This document shows, one piece after another, positions 46,420 through 55,259 of a stretch of 64,000 nt of DNA. How positions within the stretch are numbered: position 1 is the first letter of the stretch; each line of letters opens with the position of its first letter. A model generated the notes under the pieces. That model worked only from the letters and a program-made list of their open reading frames with translations. It made no database searches and had not been told where the DNA came from. Position numbers and translations under genes: made by a program. The DNA is from a virus, in the IMG/VR virus record IMGVR_UViG_3300045988_086138; one strand, given 5' to 3'.

Positions 46420-47332
46420 CGTGTCAGGATGGAATAAAAAATTAGAGGGACTTCAACTAAATACGGAGGAGTCCCTCCATTCGTTAGAATTTGCTACTTC
46501 ACAAGAAGCTTGGGAAAAACTCAATGAGGGATTCTTAAGATTAGACCCAATCCTATTTGGGAAAGGAGCTATGGCTAATAGTGGGGTAGCAGTAGTGTAT
46601 AATGTATTTATAAAAATACGTAAAGCATGGGTAGACCCAGAATTTGATTATGGAAGATGTTTCAATTACAAAGAAACTAAGTGGACTAGCTTATTGAATA
46701 ACTACATAGATTTTAATAAGCTTGACTTATTGCGTAGTAAACTGAGAGTACTGAGAAATAAGTACAATCAGAATTACAATATAACCTATATGTTTAACAA
46801 TCATCATGATAATGGGAAACAATGTCTAATAGCAGCGACTTTTTCAAAACGATTCGGGGAGGACATCCCAGTTATTACAATGGTAGTTCGGGCTTCGGAG
46901 ATTACCAAGAGGTTAATATTCGATTTCCTATTAATTCAACGAATGTCAGAGTACGTATATGGTCCGGACCAGTCAGTACAAATCAATCTATTTGCGACTC
47001 AAATGTACGGAAATGTGGAGACTCTTCTAATGTATCATACCCATAAACCTTTGAAGAAGGTACTAAAGGGAGCAGAAGAGAATTCATGGAATAAGAGGGT
47101 GAAGGAAATATGGAAGAAATTTCAAAATGGTACGGAGAAAGATTTCTCTTCATTCAAGGTATTCTTTAGAAGTTTTAAAGTACTCAGACCAGATTTATAT
47201 GAGGAAACATATAAATCAATGAAAGCAAAAGAATTACTTCTTGAATATGAGGATATTGAATATCCCGAGAATGTAATCTCTTACTCTCAACGTAAAGCAT
47301 ATAAGAAGAAACTTTTAAAACAGAAGAAATGA
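46361..47332 (+). CDS. Divergent thymidylate-synthase-fold paralogue with altered catalytic motifs
   Basis: 'FDYGRCFNY', 'GKQCLIAATF', 'MVVRASEITKRLIFDFLLIQRMSEYV' and 'LFATQMYGN' are collinear with the Y-G, P-C-H, Q-R-S-x-D...N/D and H-x-Y blocks of ThyA-fold enzymes. There is no in-frame ATG near the 5' end (TTG 46361 or GTG 46421). Confidence 0.4.
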   Translation: MDYSLKNNASTYGGNKLIINVSGWNKKLEGLQLNTEESLHSLEFATSQEAWEKLNEGFLRLDPILFGKGAMANSGVAVVYNVFIKIRKAWVDPEFDYGRCFNYKETKWTSLLNNYIDFNKLDLLRSKLRVLRNKYNQNYNITYMFNNHHDNGKQCLIAATFSKRFGEDIPVITMVVRASEITKRLIFDFLLIQRMSEYVYGPDQSVQINLFATQMYGNVETLLMYHTHKPLKKVLKGAEENSWNKRVKEIWKKFQNGTEKDFSSFKVFFRSFKVLRPDLYEETYKSMKAKELLLEYEDIEYPENVISYSQRKAYKKKLLKQKK

Positions 47333-48066
47333 GGATATATTCTAACAGCTTTGAGTTAATGTCAGAACTTGGCAGAGAACTCAACAGTTATGGTCAAACT
47401 GTAAAACCAAAGACCTATCAGAATCAAGTAATTGAAGGTAATGAGGATTTTATAACAAAGGAACTCATTTGCCAACAATATTGCTTAACTTCACTTGGAG
47501 ACCCAATATGGTTATTTGTATTCTCTCATTCAAAAGAATGGGCAGATGCAGAATTTAAAGAGAGAGTATCTAATGATTGGATTAATCCCGGAGATGCTTG
47601 GGAATTAAGGAAAGATTTATGGGAACAGTTTTTAGTAGATGGTCAATTTGATTATACCTATAATGAAAGAATGGCCTGGGTATTACCAAATTTGGTAGAC
47701 CTTTTAAAAGAAGACCAAGATACTCGTAAAGCTATTCTTCCTATATTTAATGGTAGAGGTGAAATAGATACTGATTATTATGATGGAAGTCAACGTATCC
47801 CATGTTCTATGTATTATGATTTTTTAATCAGGGCGAACGGTAAAGGAGAGAAGGTATTACATATTTGTTATCACCAAAGAAGTTCAGATTTTGTTACTCA
47901 CTTTGGTAATGATGTATACCTTGCATGGAGACTTATGGAATATGTAGCTAAAGAGGTTGGTGTTAAACCAGGCTATTTATATCATACTATAGATTCTCTT
48001 CATGCTTATAAGAAGGATTGGTTAGCATTATCATCCAATCTGGAAGATTTACAAGAGAAATATTAA
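47329..48066 (+). CDS. ThyA-fold pyrimidine deoxynucleotide C5-transferase, more similar to dCMP/dUMP hydroxymethylases than to canonical ThyA
   Basis: 'DTRKAILPIFN', catalytic 'RIPCSMYYDFLIR', 'CYHQRSSDFVTHFGNDVYLAW' and 'HTIDSLHAY'. Compare T4 gp42 'DFMCTNTVQYLIRD', 'NMRSNDVVFGFRNDYAW', 'VGSLHVY'. 245 aa against 246 aa for gp42. Confidence 0.7.
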   Translation: MRIYSNSFELMSELGRELNSYGQTVKPKTYQNQVIEGNEDFITKELICQQYCLTSLGDPIWLFVFSHSKEWADAEFKERVSNDWINPGDAWELRKDLWEQFLVDGQFDYTYNERMAWVLPNLVDLLKEDQDTRKAILPIFNGRGEIDTDYYDGSQRIPCSMYYDFLIRANGKGEKVLHICYHQRSSDFVTHFGNDVYLAWRLMEYVAKEVGVKPGYLYHTIDSLHAYKKDWLALSSNLEDLQEKY

Positions 48067-48072
48067 TAATGA

Positions 48073-48108
48073 GGGATGTATCTACTACTGGTGGGTATGT
48101 CCCTTTTT
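48073..48108 (+). terminator. Intrinsic terminator after the nucleotide-metabolism cassette
   Basis: GGGATGTAT (48073-48081) / GTATGTCCC (48095-48103) stem with G-U pairs, then TTTTTCTATTTT. Confidence 0.55.
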
Positions 48109-48120
48109 CTATTTTAAAAT

Positions 48121-50412
48121 ATGGAGACACGGTATACAATAATAAAAAACAAGAAAGAGCTTAAAAAACTTATTGCTTGTTGTAAAGCTACAGGTTATGC
48201 TTGCTGTGACTACGAAACAAATGCAGAACCTATATACAACAAAAGTTTTAAGCCAACTATACTCTCAGTATCCTGGATGCCAGGATTTGGTGCTTCCATA
48301 CCTCTAGACCATTTTGAAACAAAGGATTATACTTCACCTGGATGGAATTGGAAAAAGATGTTAAGGAAATTTGGGGAAGAGGTTATTGAAAATCCAGAGA
48401 TAACTAAGGTTGCATGGAACTGGAAATTTGATGATCAGATTAATCAGAAGTACTTCATATTTTATAGAGGTACATGCTTAGATGGGATGCTTGCAAAATA
48501 TGTTCTCAATGAGGAAAAACCTCATGGGCTAAAGGATATGGTTAGAAGGTATCTACCAGAATATGGTGATTACGAAAAGCAAGATAAGTTCGATAAGATA
48601 CCATGGGGTAAAAAGGAATTAGACCCATTATGCAAATACGGTTGTCAAGATACTGACTTTACATTACGATTAATGATATTCTTTGAGAAGAAGTTAATTG
48701 ATTTAAAGATGTATTCTGTATTCCGTAACCTATTCATGTGTAATTCACGGGTATTAACCTCTGTAGAGAAAGAAGGTTTATACCTAGATACTGAGTTCAA
48801 TAAAAAGCTTTTGGAAGAATATAAACCAAAAATAGATGCTGCTAGACAAGCAATATACGACTTGCCAAAAGTAAAGAAGTTCGAAAAGAAGTACAACCAA
48901 GAAAAGATTGATAAGTACATTGAATCTATTAAAGCTGAACTTGAGGAGTTGGATTATGATGACCCAAAAGACCATCGTAAGATTGTATCAAGGGAACAGA
49001 AAATATCTAATATCAAGGCAGGTATATTCACTACTAAAAAAGAACAAGAACTTATAAGACCCATTAATCTTGGTAGTCCAGTTGATTTACCTAAATTAAT
49101 GTATTCAGAAGATGGGTTTAATTTCGATGTAATCAAGGATAATGAATCTGGTAAGCCAAGTACAGATGAAGAAACTCTTACTAATTTAAGGCTGACGGTT
49201 AAAAAACCTGATTCACCAAAAGCAATATTTCTTGATAAGCTTCTTGAATTGAGAGGGTTAGAAAAAATGTATAAGACCTATATTTATGGTTGGTGGGAAA
49301 AAGTCCAGGATGATTCTCGATTACATGGTAGGTATAATATACATGGTACTGATTCTAACCGGTTTAGTTCTGCAGACCCAAATATGCAGCAGATACCTAA
49401 GACATCTGTAGACCCTAATATCAAGAAACAATTGATTGCTCCTCCTGGTTACTTATATATGGCATTCGACTACTCTCAGGCAGAGCTGAGAATGATGGCT
49501 CACTTATCAGGTGATGAAACCTATCTGGAAGCATTTGCTAAGGGAGTAGACCCTCATCTTGGTATAGCAGCAGCAAAATATGGAGTACCAATTGAAGAAG
49601 CAAGTAAAATATATGAAGACGAAAGTCATCCCGATTATAAACTATGGAAGGTAAGGAGAAAGCAAGCTAAACAAATTGCATTTGGACTTATCTATGGTAT
49701 TGGGGATGCTTTACTAGCAGTAAAATTATCAGACCCCAAAGCTGGTATTATAGTTACCAAGGAAGAAGCTCGTAAGGAAATGGATGAGTTCTTTAAGAAA
49801 CATCCTAAGATACTTAAGTTTAAAGAGAAGCAAGAGAAATTCTTACGTAAGCATGGGTATTATACCCAGTTATTTGGTACTAAACGAAGACTCCCACAAA
49901 TATATTCAAATGATAAGCAAGAAGTTGCTTATGCTATTCGTTTAGGACTTAATTTCCCATGTCAAGGTGCTGCAGCAAATATGACTAACTTTGGAGCTAT
50001 CCTTGTTTATTGGTTAATGAGACAAGGTAAATTACCAATGATGAAAGAAGCTTGTACTGTCCATGATGCAGTATATATGTATTCTAAACCAAAAGATATA
50101 AATACCTGGACAGTATATACTATTTGGAATATTCTACGTAATCCAAGTACTAAGAAGTATTTCGGATTTCAAGTTGATGATGTAGATATGGATATGGACT
50201 TTACTATTGGTAGGTCAATGGCAGAAGAATTACCATTTATCCCAGGGTATGATTATAATAAAATGCTCCAACCAGATTTCTCAGTAGAGGAGTATATGGA
50301 AGAGCATAAGAAGTATAAGCATATCCACATCAAACAATTTAAGGAAAGGTTTAACAAACAGATTAAGAAATATGAAAAAGATTTTGAACGGACCCACAGT
50401 ATGGCGAGCTAA
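48121..50412 (+). CDS. Family A DNA polymerase (Pol I-like) with an N-terminal 3'-5' exonuclease domain
   Basis: Exo 'CCDYETN' and 'YGCQDTDF'. Pol motif A 'DYSQAELRMMAHLSGDE', motif B 'RRKQAKQIAFGLIYG', motif C 'CTVHDAV'. Confidence 0.95.
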   Translation: METRYTIIKNKKELKKLIACCKATGYACCDYETNAEPIYNKSFKPTILSVSWMPGFGASIPLDHFETKDYTSPGWNWKKMLRKFGEEVIENPEITKVAWNWKFDDQINQKYFIFYRGTCLDGMLAKYVLNEEKPHGLKDMVRRYLPEYGDYEKQDKFDKIPWGKKELDPLCKYGCQDTDFTLRLMIFFEKKLIDLKMYSVFRNLFMCNSRVLTSVEKEGLYLDTEFNKKLLEEYKPKIDAARQAIYDLPKVKKFEKKYNQEKIDKYIESIKAELEELDYDDPKDHRKIVSREQKISNIKAGIFTTKKEQELIRPINLGSPVDLPKLMYSEDGFNFDVIKDNESGKPSTDEETLTNLRLTVKKPDSPKAIFLDKLLELRGLEKMYKTYIYGWWEKVQDDSRLHGRYNIHGTDSNRFSSADPNMQQIPKTSVDPNIKKQLIAPPGYLYMAFDYSQAELRMMAHLSGDETYLEAFAKGVDPHLGIAAAKYGVPIEEASKIYEDESHPDYKLWKVRRKQAKQIAFGLIYGIGDALLAVKLSDPKAGIIVTKEEARKEMDEFFKKHPKILKFKEKQEKFLRKHGYYTQLFGTKRRLPQIYSNDKQEVAYAIRLGLNFPCQGAAANMTNFGAILVYWLMRQGKLPMMKEACTVHDAVYMYSKPKDINTWTVYTIWNILRNPSTKKYFGFQVDDVDMDMDFTIGRSMAEELPFIPGYDYNKMLQPDFSVEEYMEEHKKYKHIHIKQFKERFNKQIKKYEKDFERTHSMAS

Positions 50413-50581
50413 ATGCCCTTACTGTGATTGTGAATTTGAATATGATTATTCAGAAGTGGATTCACATACTTTTGCTGATTGTAAATTGGTTAAATGCCCA
50501 GGTTGCAATAGATATCTTCATCATAAAGACAATGCTAAATCTACTACAGAAGCGAAAAGAGAGGATACTATGTCTACATAA
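50372..50581 (+). CDS. Small zinc-ribbon protein
   Basis: 'CPYCDC...CPGCNRY' (two C-x-x-C pairs). Overlaps the polymerase 3' end by 41 nt. Confidence 0.45.
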   Translation: MKKILNGPTVWRAKCPYCDCEFEYDYSEVDSHTFADCKLVKCPGCNRYLHHKDNAKSTTEAKREDTMST

Positions 50582-50602
50582 ATAAAATAAATTTATGAAA
50601 CA

Positions 50603-51124
50603 ATGGCAACACAGAAAGAGATTGATAATGCAAGTAAATTAACCGCCCTCACTTATATGGTTGCAGGATGTTTAGGTTATTCTATCGAAAACCTATTTGC
50701 ATATTTAGATGCTGCTAACTTAAAGTTGAGTGGACAAGAGAAAATGTTATTCAACCGATTAAAGACCCAGTTATCTCAAGTACAAACTAACTTAAGTACT
50801 TTAGAGGGGTTGGCTTTTAAGGTAATGGCTACTGATGACGATGGTAAGCTTGCCTATGAAGATGCTACTCATATTTATTGGGCTGCATTTTTGGCATTAC
50901 TAGATAGAGGAGGAACCGATAACCTATGCGACTTAAGGTTGATGGCTTTAGTAGATAAGTTAAGTGTGTATAAATCTCTTCTTAATTTGCCTGGTATGAA
51001 ATTAGCTTATCAAATGGCTTTTGCTCAAGTGAGTAAAGCTATAGGTAATGGTGAATTTAATAAAGAAGACTTTAAAAACCTATTAGAAGTTTATGAAGAC
51101 AGAACTGAAAAAACTAAAGGTTAA
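50603..51124 (+). CDS. Hypothetical protein
   Basis: 173-aa helical ORF. Confidence 0.5.
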   Translation: MATQKEIDNASKLTALTYMVAGCLGYSIENLFAYLDAANLKLSGQEKMLFNRLKTQLSQVQTNLSTLEGLAFKVMATDDDGKLAYEDATHIYWAAFLALLDRGGTDNLCDLRLMALVDKLSVYKSLLNLPGMKLAYQMAFAQVSKAIGNGEFNKEDFKNLLEVYEDRTEKTKG

Positions 51125-51509
51125 GTTTGAAGGTAAGGTTCTCGAAATAGATATTCAAAAAGAATTATCTATTAATGAAAATATTATTAATTCTCAGCTA
51201 CGAGAATCTCCTTCTAGTTATTATGTACTTTGTTCTTTAAGAGATAAGTATATAAAAGAAAGAGATTTACTAGCAAGGGAAAAGGATGAAGCTTATTCTA
51301 ATGCTTGGGTATATTATAAGGATGCTAATGAAAGATGGAATAATGAGTACGTATCTCATAAGGCAAACCTTAACAAGAAATACTCTTCTATCAATGAAAG
51401 GTATTTAAAAGCAGTAGAAAAAGCAAATAAGTTCATAACAATTTGTAGATGTTATGAGTCTAGAGAAAACATCCTAAGAACTATTAATGCAAACCTAAGA
51501 AAAGGTTAA
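51093..51509 (+). CDS. Hypothetical coiled-coil protein
   Basis: 138-aa ORF. Confidence 0.45.
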   Translation: MKTELKKLKVKFEGKVLEIDIQKELSINENIINSQLRESPSSYYVLCSLRDKYIKERDLLAREKDEAYSNAWVYYKDANERWNNEYVSHKANLNKKYSSINERYLKAVEKANKFITICRCYESRENILRTINANLRKG

Positions 51510-51557
51510 CATATTGAACTATAATAGATTACTAACTTTTAAAAACAGTATTAGAAT

Positions 51558-51950
51558 ATGAATTATTCAATGTCATTTATCTCACCTCTTGTAGCTGAGA
51601 AATTTAATCAAGAATTACCCGGATGTCCAACAGAAAACCGAGTACTTATTTTATCCCCAAAGGAAGTAAATGCAACTATGTCTGGTATTATTATTCCAAG
51701 CCAAGTAAAAGAGGGTATACCCCGTAAAGGAGTAGTAGTAAAGAGTGGTATAATCACTGAAGATTACAAAACTTATAGAGAGTTGGTTGAAATAGGTAGA
51801 GTAGTTACCTATGGATTGTATGCAGGCAAGGAATTGGAATTTGAAACAGACAAATTATCACCTGCTCTTCAACAATTGCTTGAGAAAAACGTTCTTACTG
51901 TACTTAGTATGAACGAGATAGTTTATTCAGAGCCGAATAATCAAAATTAA
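51558..51950 (+). CDS. GroES/Cpn10-like co-chaperonin (T4 gp31 analogue)
   Basis: 'NRVLILSPKEVNATMSGIIIPSQVKEGIPRKGVVVKSG...GRVVTYGLYAGKELEF...LTVLSMNEIV' is collinear with GroES '[37 protein letters not shown]...GDIVIF...GVKSEKI...VLIMSESDIL'. Confidence 0.6.
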   Translation: MNYSMSFISPLVAEKFNQELPGCPTENRVLILSPKEVNATMSGIIIPSQVKEGIPRKGVVVKSGIITEDYKTYRELVEIGRVVTYGLYAGKELEFETDKLSPALQQLLEKNVLTVLSMNEIVYSEPNNQN

Positions 51951-51956
51951 AACATT

Positions 51957-52754
51957 ATGATAAAAGACAAAAAGAAAAAGAAGGTTTCATCTGAGGGGCT
52001 TTCTACTAAAGAAAAGATGATGGCTAGGAAGAAACAGCTTGAATCTAAGGGAAATGGGAGTGGGTTGGTATTCCCAAAAGAAGGTACACTTCGAATGAGA
52101 ATCAAATCTCCAGGTGATGACCAAGAATTGGGTATAGAGATTATTCAATTCTATTTGGGAGGTAATTTAGGTGGAGTAATATCTCCTGCTACTTTCGATG
52201 AACCTTGCCCATTTATGGAAAAGTATCAAGAACTGAAAAATTCCAAAGATGAGGATGACAAGGAGCTTGCAAAAAACCTGGTACCAAGGAGAAGATATGT
52301 TATTGGTGGACCGGTATATGCCGATGAGAAAGGTACTAAGTTTGATTATGATGGTAAGGATAAGGGAGTTTTGGTACCTCGTTCTGTATACCAAGATATT
52401 ATCGACTTATATCTTGATGAGGATGAAGCTGGTGATATGACAGACCCAAGAACAGGATACGATATCAAAATTATTCGTTCTGGTTCTGGTAAGCTTGATA
52501 CAACCTATTCTGCTCGTGCTTGTAAGCCAACTAAGTTGGACAAGAAATATCAAGGTAATGTAGACCTTGAAGGTATAGTTCGTTCTCAAATCAAATCCTA
52601 TGATGAGTTGGAAGAGTTACTTGCTAAGTATTTGAATGAAGACCATGGAGATGATGAGGATGAAAAACCCAAGAAGAAAAAGAAAAAAGGTATTCACAAG
52701 GACCATTACATGGTTGAAAAACCCAAGAAGAAAAAATATAAGTCGGACATTTAA
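51957..52754 (+). CDS. Candidate single-stranded DNA-binding protein
   Basis: Lies between the chaperonin and the recombinase, is followed by a strong terminator, and has charged low-complexity termini. No diagnostic motif. Confidence 0.3.
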   Translation: MIKDKKKKKVSSEGLSTKEKMMARKKQLESKGNGSGLVFPKEGTLRMRIKSPGDDQELGIEIIQFYLGGNLGGVISPATFDEPCPFMEKYQELKNSKDEDDKELAKNLVPRRRYVIGGPVYADEKGTKFDYDGKDKGVLVPRSVYQDIIDLYLDEDEAGDMTDPRTGYDIKIIRSGSGKLDTTYSARACKPTKLDKKYQGNVDLEGIVRSQIKSYDELEELLAKYLNEDHGDDEDEKPKKKKKKGIHKDHYMVEKPKKKKYKSDI

Positions 52755-52777
52755 GGGTTAGTAAATATGGTTTCATT

Positions 52778-52822
52778 AGAAGGTGGTAATTAGATTCGTT
52801 CTGTTATCACCTTCTTTAGTTT
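52778..52822 (+). terminator. Intrinsic terminator (12-bp stem)
   Basis: AGAAGGTGGTAA (52778-52789) / TTATCACCTTCT (52804-52815) with one G-U, then TTAGTTT. Confidence 0.55.
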
Positions 52823-52836
52823 AAAGACATTACATT

Positions 52837-53247
52837 ATGGTATCAAAAGAATATTGGGCAAGCTTATCGGACGAAGATAAGTCAAAGATCATAAGGGAGT
52901 TTTGTAAAATTAATAATATTGGACCAGAATTTGATTATGCAAAGGTAAGAGCTTTTTCGGAAAGGATTAAGCAGATATATAAGGAAGCAGGTATAATCCA
53001 ATTTAATAAGGTTTGTGAACACCCAGTTATAGTATTAAAATTGGTAGATCCTCTTATGGCAGAGATGATATTTTCATGGATGTATACTAGAGTAAAATTA
53101 CCAAATGGTAACCAATCAGAAGTACCATTCATGGGATATCATCTAGTAGAATATGTGTTCGATAAGGGCAGTCTCATGGAGTTTACGGATGAAGAGAAAG
53201 ATGTATTGAATCATGCAGTGAACATTTTAAAATCAAAAGGAGTTTAA
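52837..53247 (+). CDS. Hypothetical protein
   Basis: 136-aa ORF. Confidence 0.5.
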   Translation: MVSKEYWASLSDEDKSKIIREFCKINNIGPEFDYAKVRAFSERIKQIYKEAGIIQFNKVCEHPVIVLKLVDPLMAEMIFSWMYTRVKLPNGNQSEVPFMGYHLVEYVFDKGSLMEFTDEEKDVLNHAVNILKSKGV

Positions 53248-53248
53248 T

Positions 53249-54394
53249 ATGGCAAAGAAATCTAAGGTTGGTTTAAAAGTACCAACAGCAAATGAGATGG
53301 CAAAGAAATATGGGAGTATGATAAAATTAGCTTCAGAAGTTACTGATACTGATTTATATATACCATCAACCTTCTTTGCTTTGAATTACCTATTCGGTAA
53401 AGGAATCCCCTATGGTAAGTCAGTAGAAATTGCAGGAGAAGAATCTTCGGGTAAATCCCTGGTAGCTTATAATTTTGCTTATGCTACTCAACAATTGGGA
53501 GGTCATGTAATATGGGTAGATGCAGAACAATCATGGATGAACTCATGGGCAGAGATTAATGGGGTAGACCCAGCAAAGGTAACTATTGTTAATGATACTC
53601 GTATCGAGTATATTGCAGATGTAGTAGCAGACTTAGCAATATATTTACGTTCTCAATTAACTCATAATGAACCGATACTCTTAGTAATCGACTCTATTGC
53701 AGCTACAGATTGTACAGACAATATTGATGCTAAGATGGTTGATGGTAAGGCAGAGATGGGAGGTAGAGCAAAGGCTCTCTATAAGTATTTCCGTATCAGA
53801 AGTGAACTATTCTACAAGCTGGGAGTATCTCAGATTTATATTAACCAATTAAGAACTGCTCTAAATGTTGGATTTGGAAAAGATAATACAACTACAACGG
53901 GAGGCGCTGCACTTAAGTTCTACGCTTCAATCCGAGCTGCTTTCTATTCAGGAAGGTCTGTTACAATCAAACAAAATGGAAAAGAAAGGAAAGCTGGTAA
54001 GCTTGTCACAATCAGACTTATTAAAAATAAGGTTGCCCCTCCTCGACCTACCATCAGTAAATGCCCAGTATATTTTAACCCTAAATTCCATGAAGTTGGG
54101 TTTGATAGATGCTATGGTTTAGAGGATGTATTAGTAGATACAGACGTAATAGAGAAAACTTCTGGTGGGTATAAACTAAAGGGTAAAACACTTGCAAGAG
54201 GGGAAGAGAAATTCCAAAAGCTTTTGGAAGAAGATGATGAACTTCGTAGAAAACTTTTACGAAAAGCCGGAGTAAATACCATAGGTACTACTAAAAAACA
54301 ACTGGGGAAGATAGAAACTAATCTCTTCCCGGTTGATGGTGTAGAATACGAAAATTATGCAGACTCAGATGAAGAGGAGGAAGAAGATGAGTAA
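53249..54394 (+). CDS. RecA/UvsX-like recombinase
   Basis: Walker A 'GEESSGKSLVA', Walker B 'ILLVIDSIAA', 'INQLR', and an acidic C-terminal tail 'DSDEEEEEDE'. Confidence 0.85.
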   Translation: MAKKSKVGLKVPTANEMAKKYGSMIKLASEVTDTDLYIPSTFFALNYLFGKGIPYGKSVEIAGEESSGKSLVAYNFAYATQQLGGHVIWVDAEQSWMNSWAEINGVDPAKVTIVNDTRIEYIADVVADLAIYLRSQLTHNEPILLVIDSIAATDCTDNIDAKMVDGKAEMGGRAKALYKYFRIRSELFYKLGVSQIYINQLRTALNVGFGKDNTTTTGGAALKFYASIRAAFYSGRSVTIKQNGKERKAGKLVTIRLIKNKVAPPRPTISKCPVYFNPKFHEVGFDRCYGLEDVLVDTDVIEKTSGGYKLKGKTLARGEEKFQKLLEEDDELRRKLLRKAGVNTIGTTKKQLGKIETNLFPVDGVEYENYADSDEEEEEDE

Positions 54395-55259
54395 GAAAAC
54401 AATATTATTGATTGATGGGGAGAATATTCTCCATCAGTCTTTTCATAAGTTCGAAAAACTTAAATCTACGGATGGCAAACCAAGTGGAGCAATATTCGGA
54501 TTTTTTAAATCACTACACATGTACCTTACAAGGTTTGAACCAGATGAGGTTTATATCTCATTTGATAATGGGCATTCTCCGGTAAGGATGAAGTTATTGC
54601 CTAACTATAAGGGGCATAGAAAAAATATCTCAGTAGATTATGAATCATTGCAAAAACAAAAGGCAGTGATAATGAAAATACTGGGTATGCTAAGAATTAA
54701 TTATATATTCGATAAAAAGAAATCCACAGTATATGAGGGTGATGATTTCTTAGCATACCTTGCAATTAAAAAATTCCAATCTGAAAAAATGATATTAATA
54801 TCTTCAGACAAGGACTTTAATCAATTGTTATCAAACAATCTAAGGATATATAATCCGAGAAAGGATGAGATGATAAGGATGGATAACTGTAAAGAGTTAT
54901 TCGGATATCATTCTCATGAGACGGTAGAATATCTTGCAATGGTTGGGGATACTTCCGATGATATCCCAGGGTTCCCAGGAATAGGTCCAGTAAAAGCAAG
55001 GAAAATTCTTGATGAGGGTAGGATTGAAAAATTCATTGCTCACAGTAAGAACAAAGAATATCTTCAGATTTGGAAAAGGAATGAGCAATTGATTGACCTT
55101 TTCTGGTTTGTAAGACATAACCCTTTGAAGGAATTGCCCTTAAAAACAAAAAGGGAGTTTAAATATGAGAAATTCAAGAAAGTATGTATCGAATACTCTT
55201 TAGCATCTTTCTTGACAAATGAATTTATAAAACCATTTAAAGCATTACACCATGACTAA
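54387..55259 (+). CDS. Flap endonuclease / 5'-3' exonuclease (T4 RNase H-like)
   Basis: PIN-like 'ILLIDGENILHQSFH', 'EGDDFLA', 'SSDKDFNQL'. H3TH 'GDTSDDIPGFPGIGPVKARKIL'. ATG at 54387 preferred. Confidence 0.85.
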   Translation: MSKKTILLIDGENILHQSFHKFEKLKSTDGKPSGAIFGFFKSLHMYLTRFEPDEVYISFDNGHSPVRMKLLPNYKGHRKNISVDYESLQKQKAVIMKILGMLRINYIFDKKKSTVYEGDDFLAYLAIKKFQSEKMILISSDKDFNQLLSNNLRIYNPRKDEMIRMDNCKELFGYHSHETVEYLAMVGDTSDDIPGFPGIGPVKARKILDEGRIEKFIAHSKNKEYLQIWKRNEQLIDLFWFVRHNPLKELPLKTKREFKYEKFKKVCIEYSLASFLTNEFIKPFKALHHD

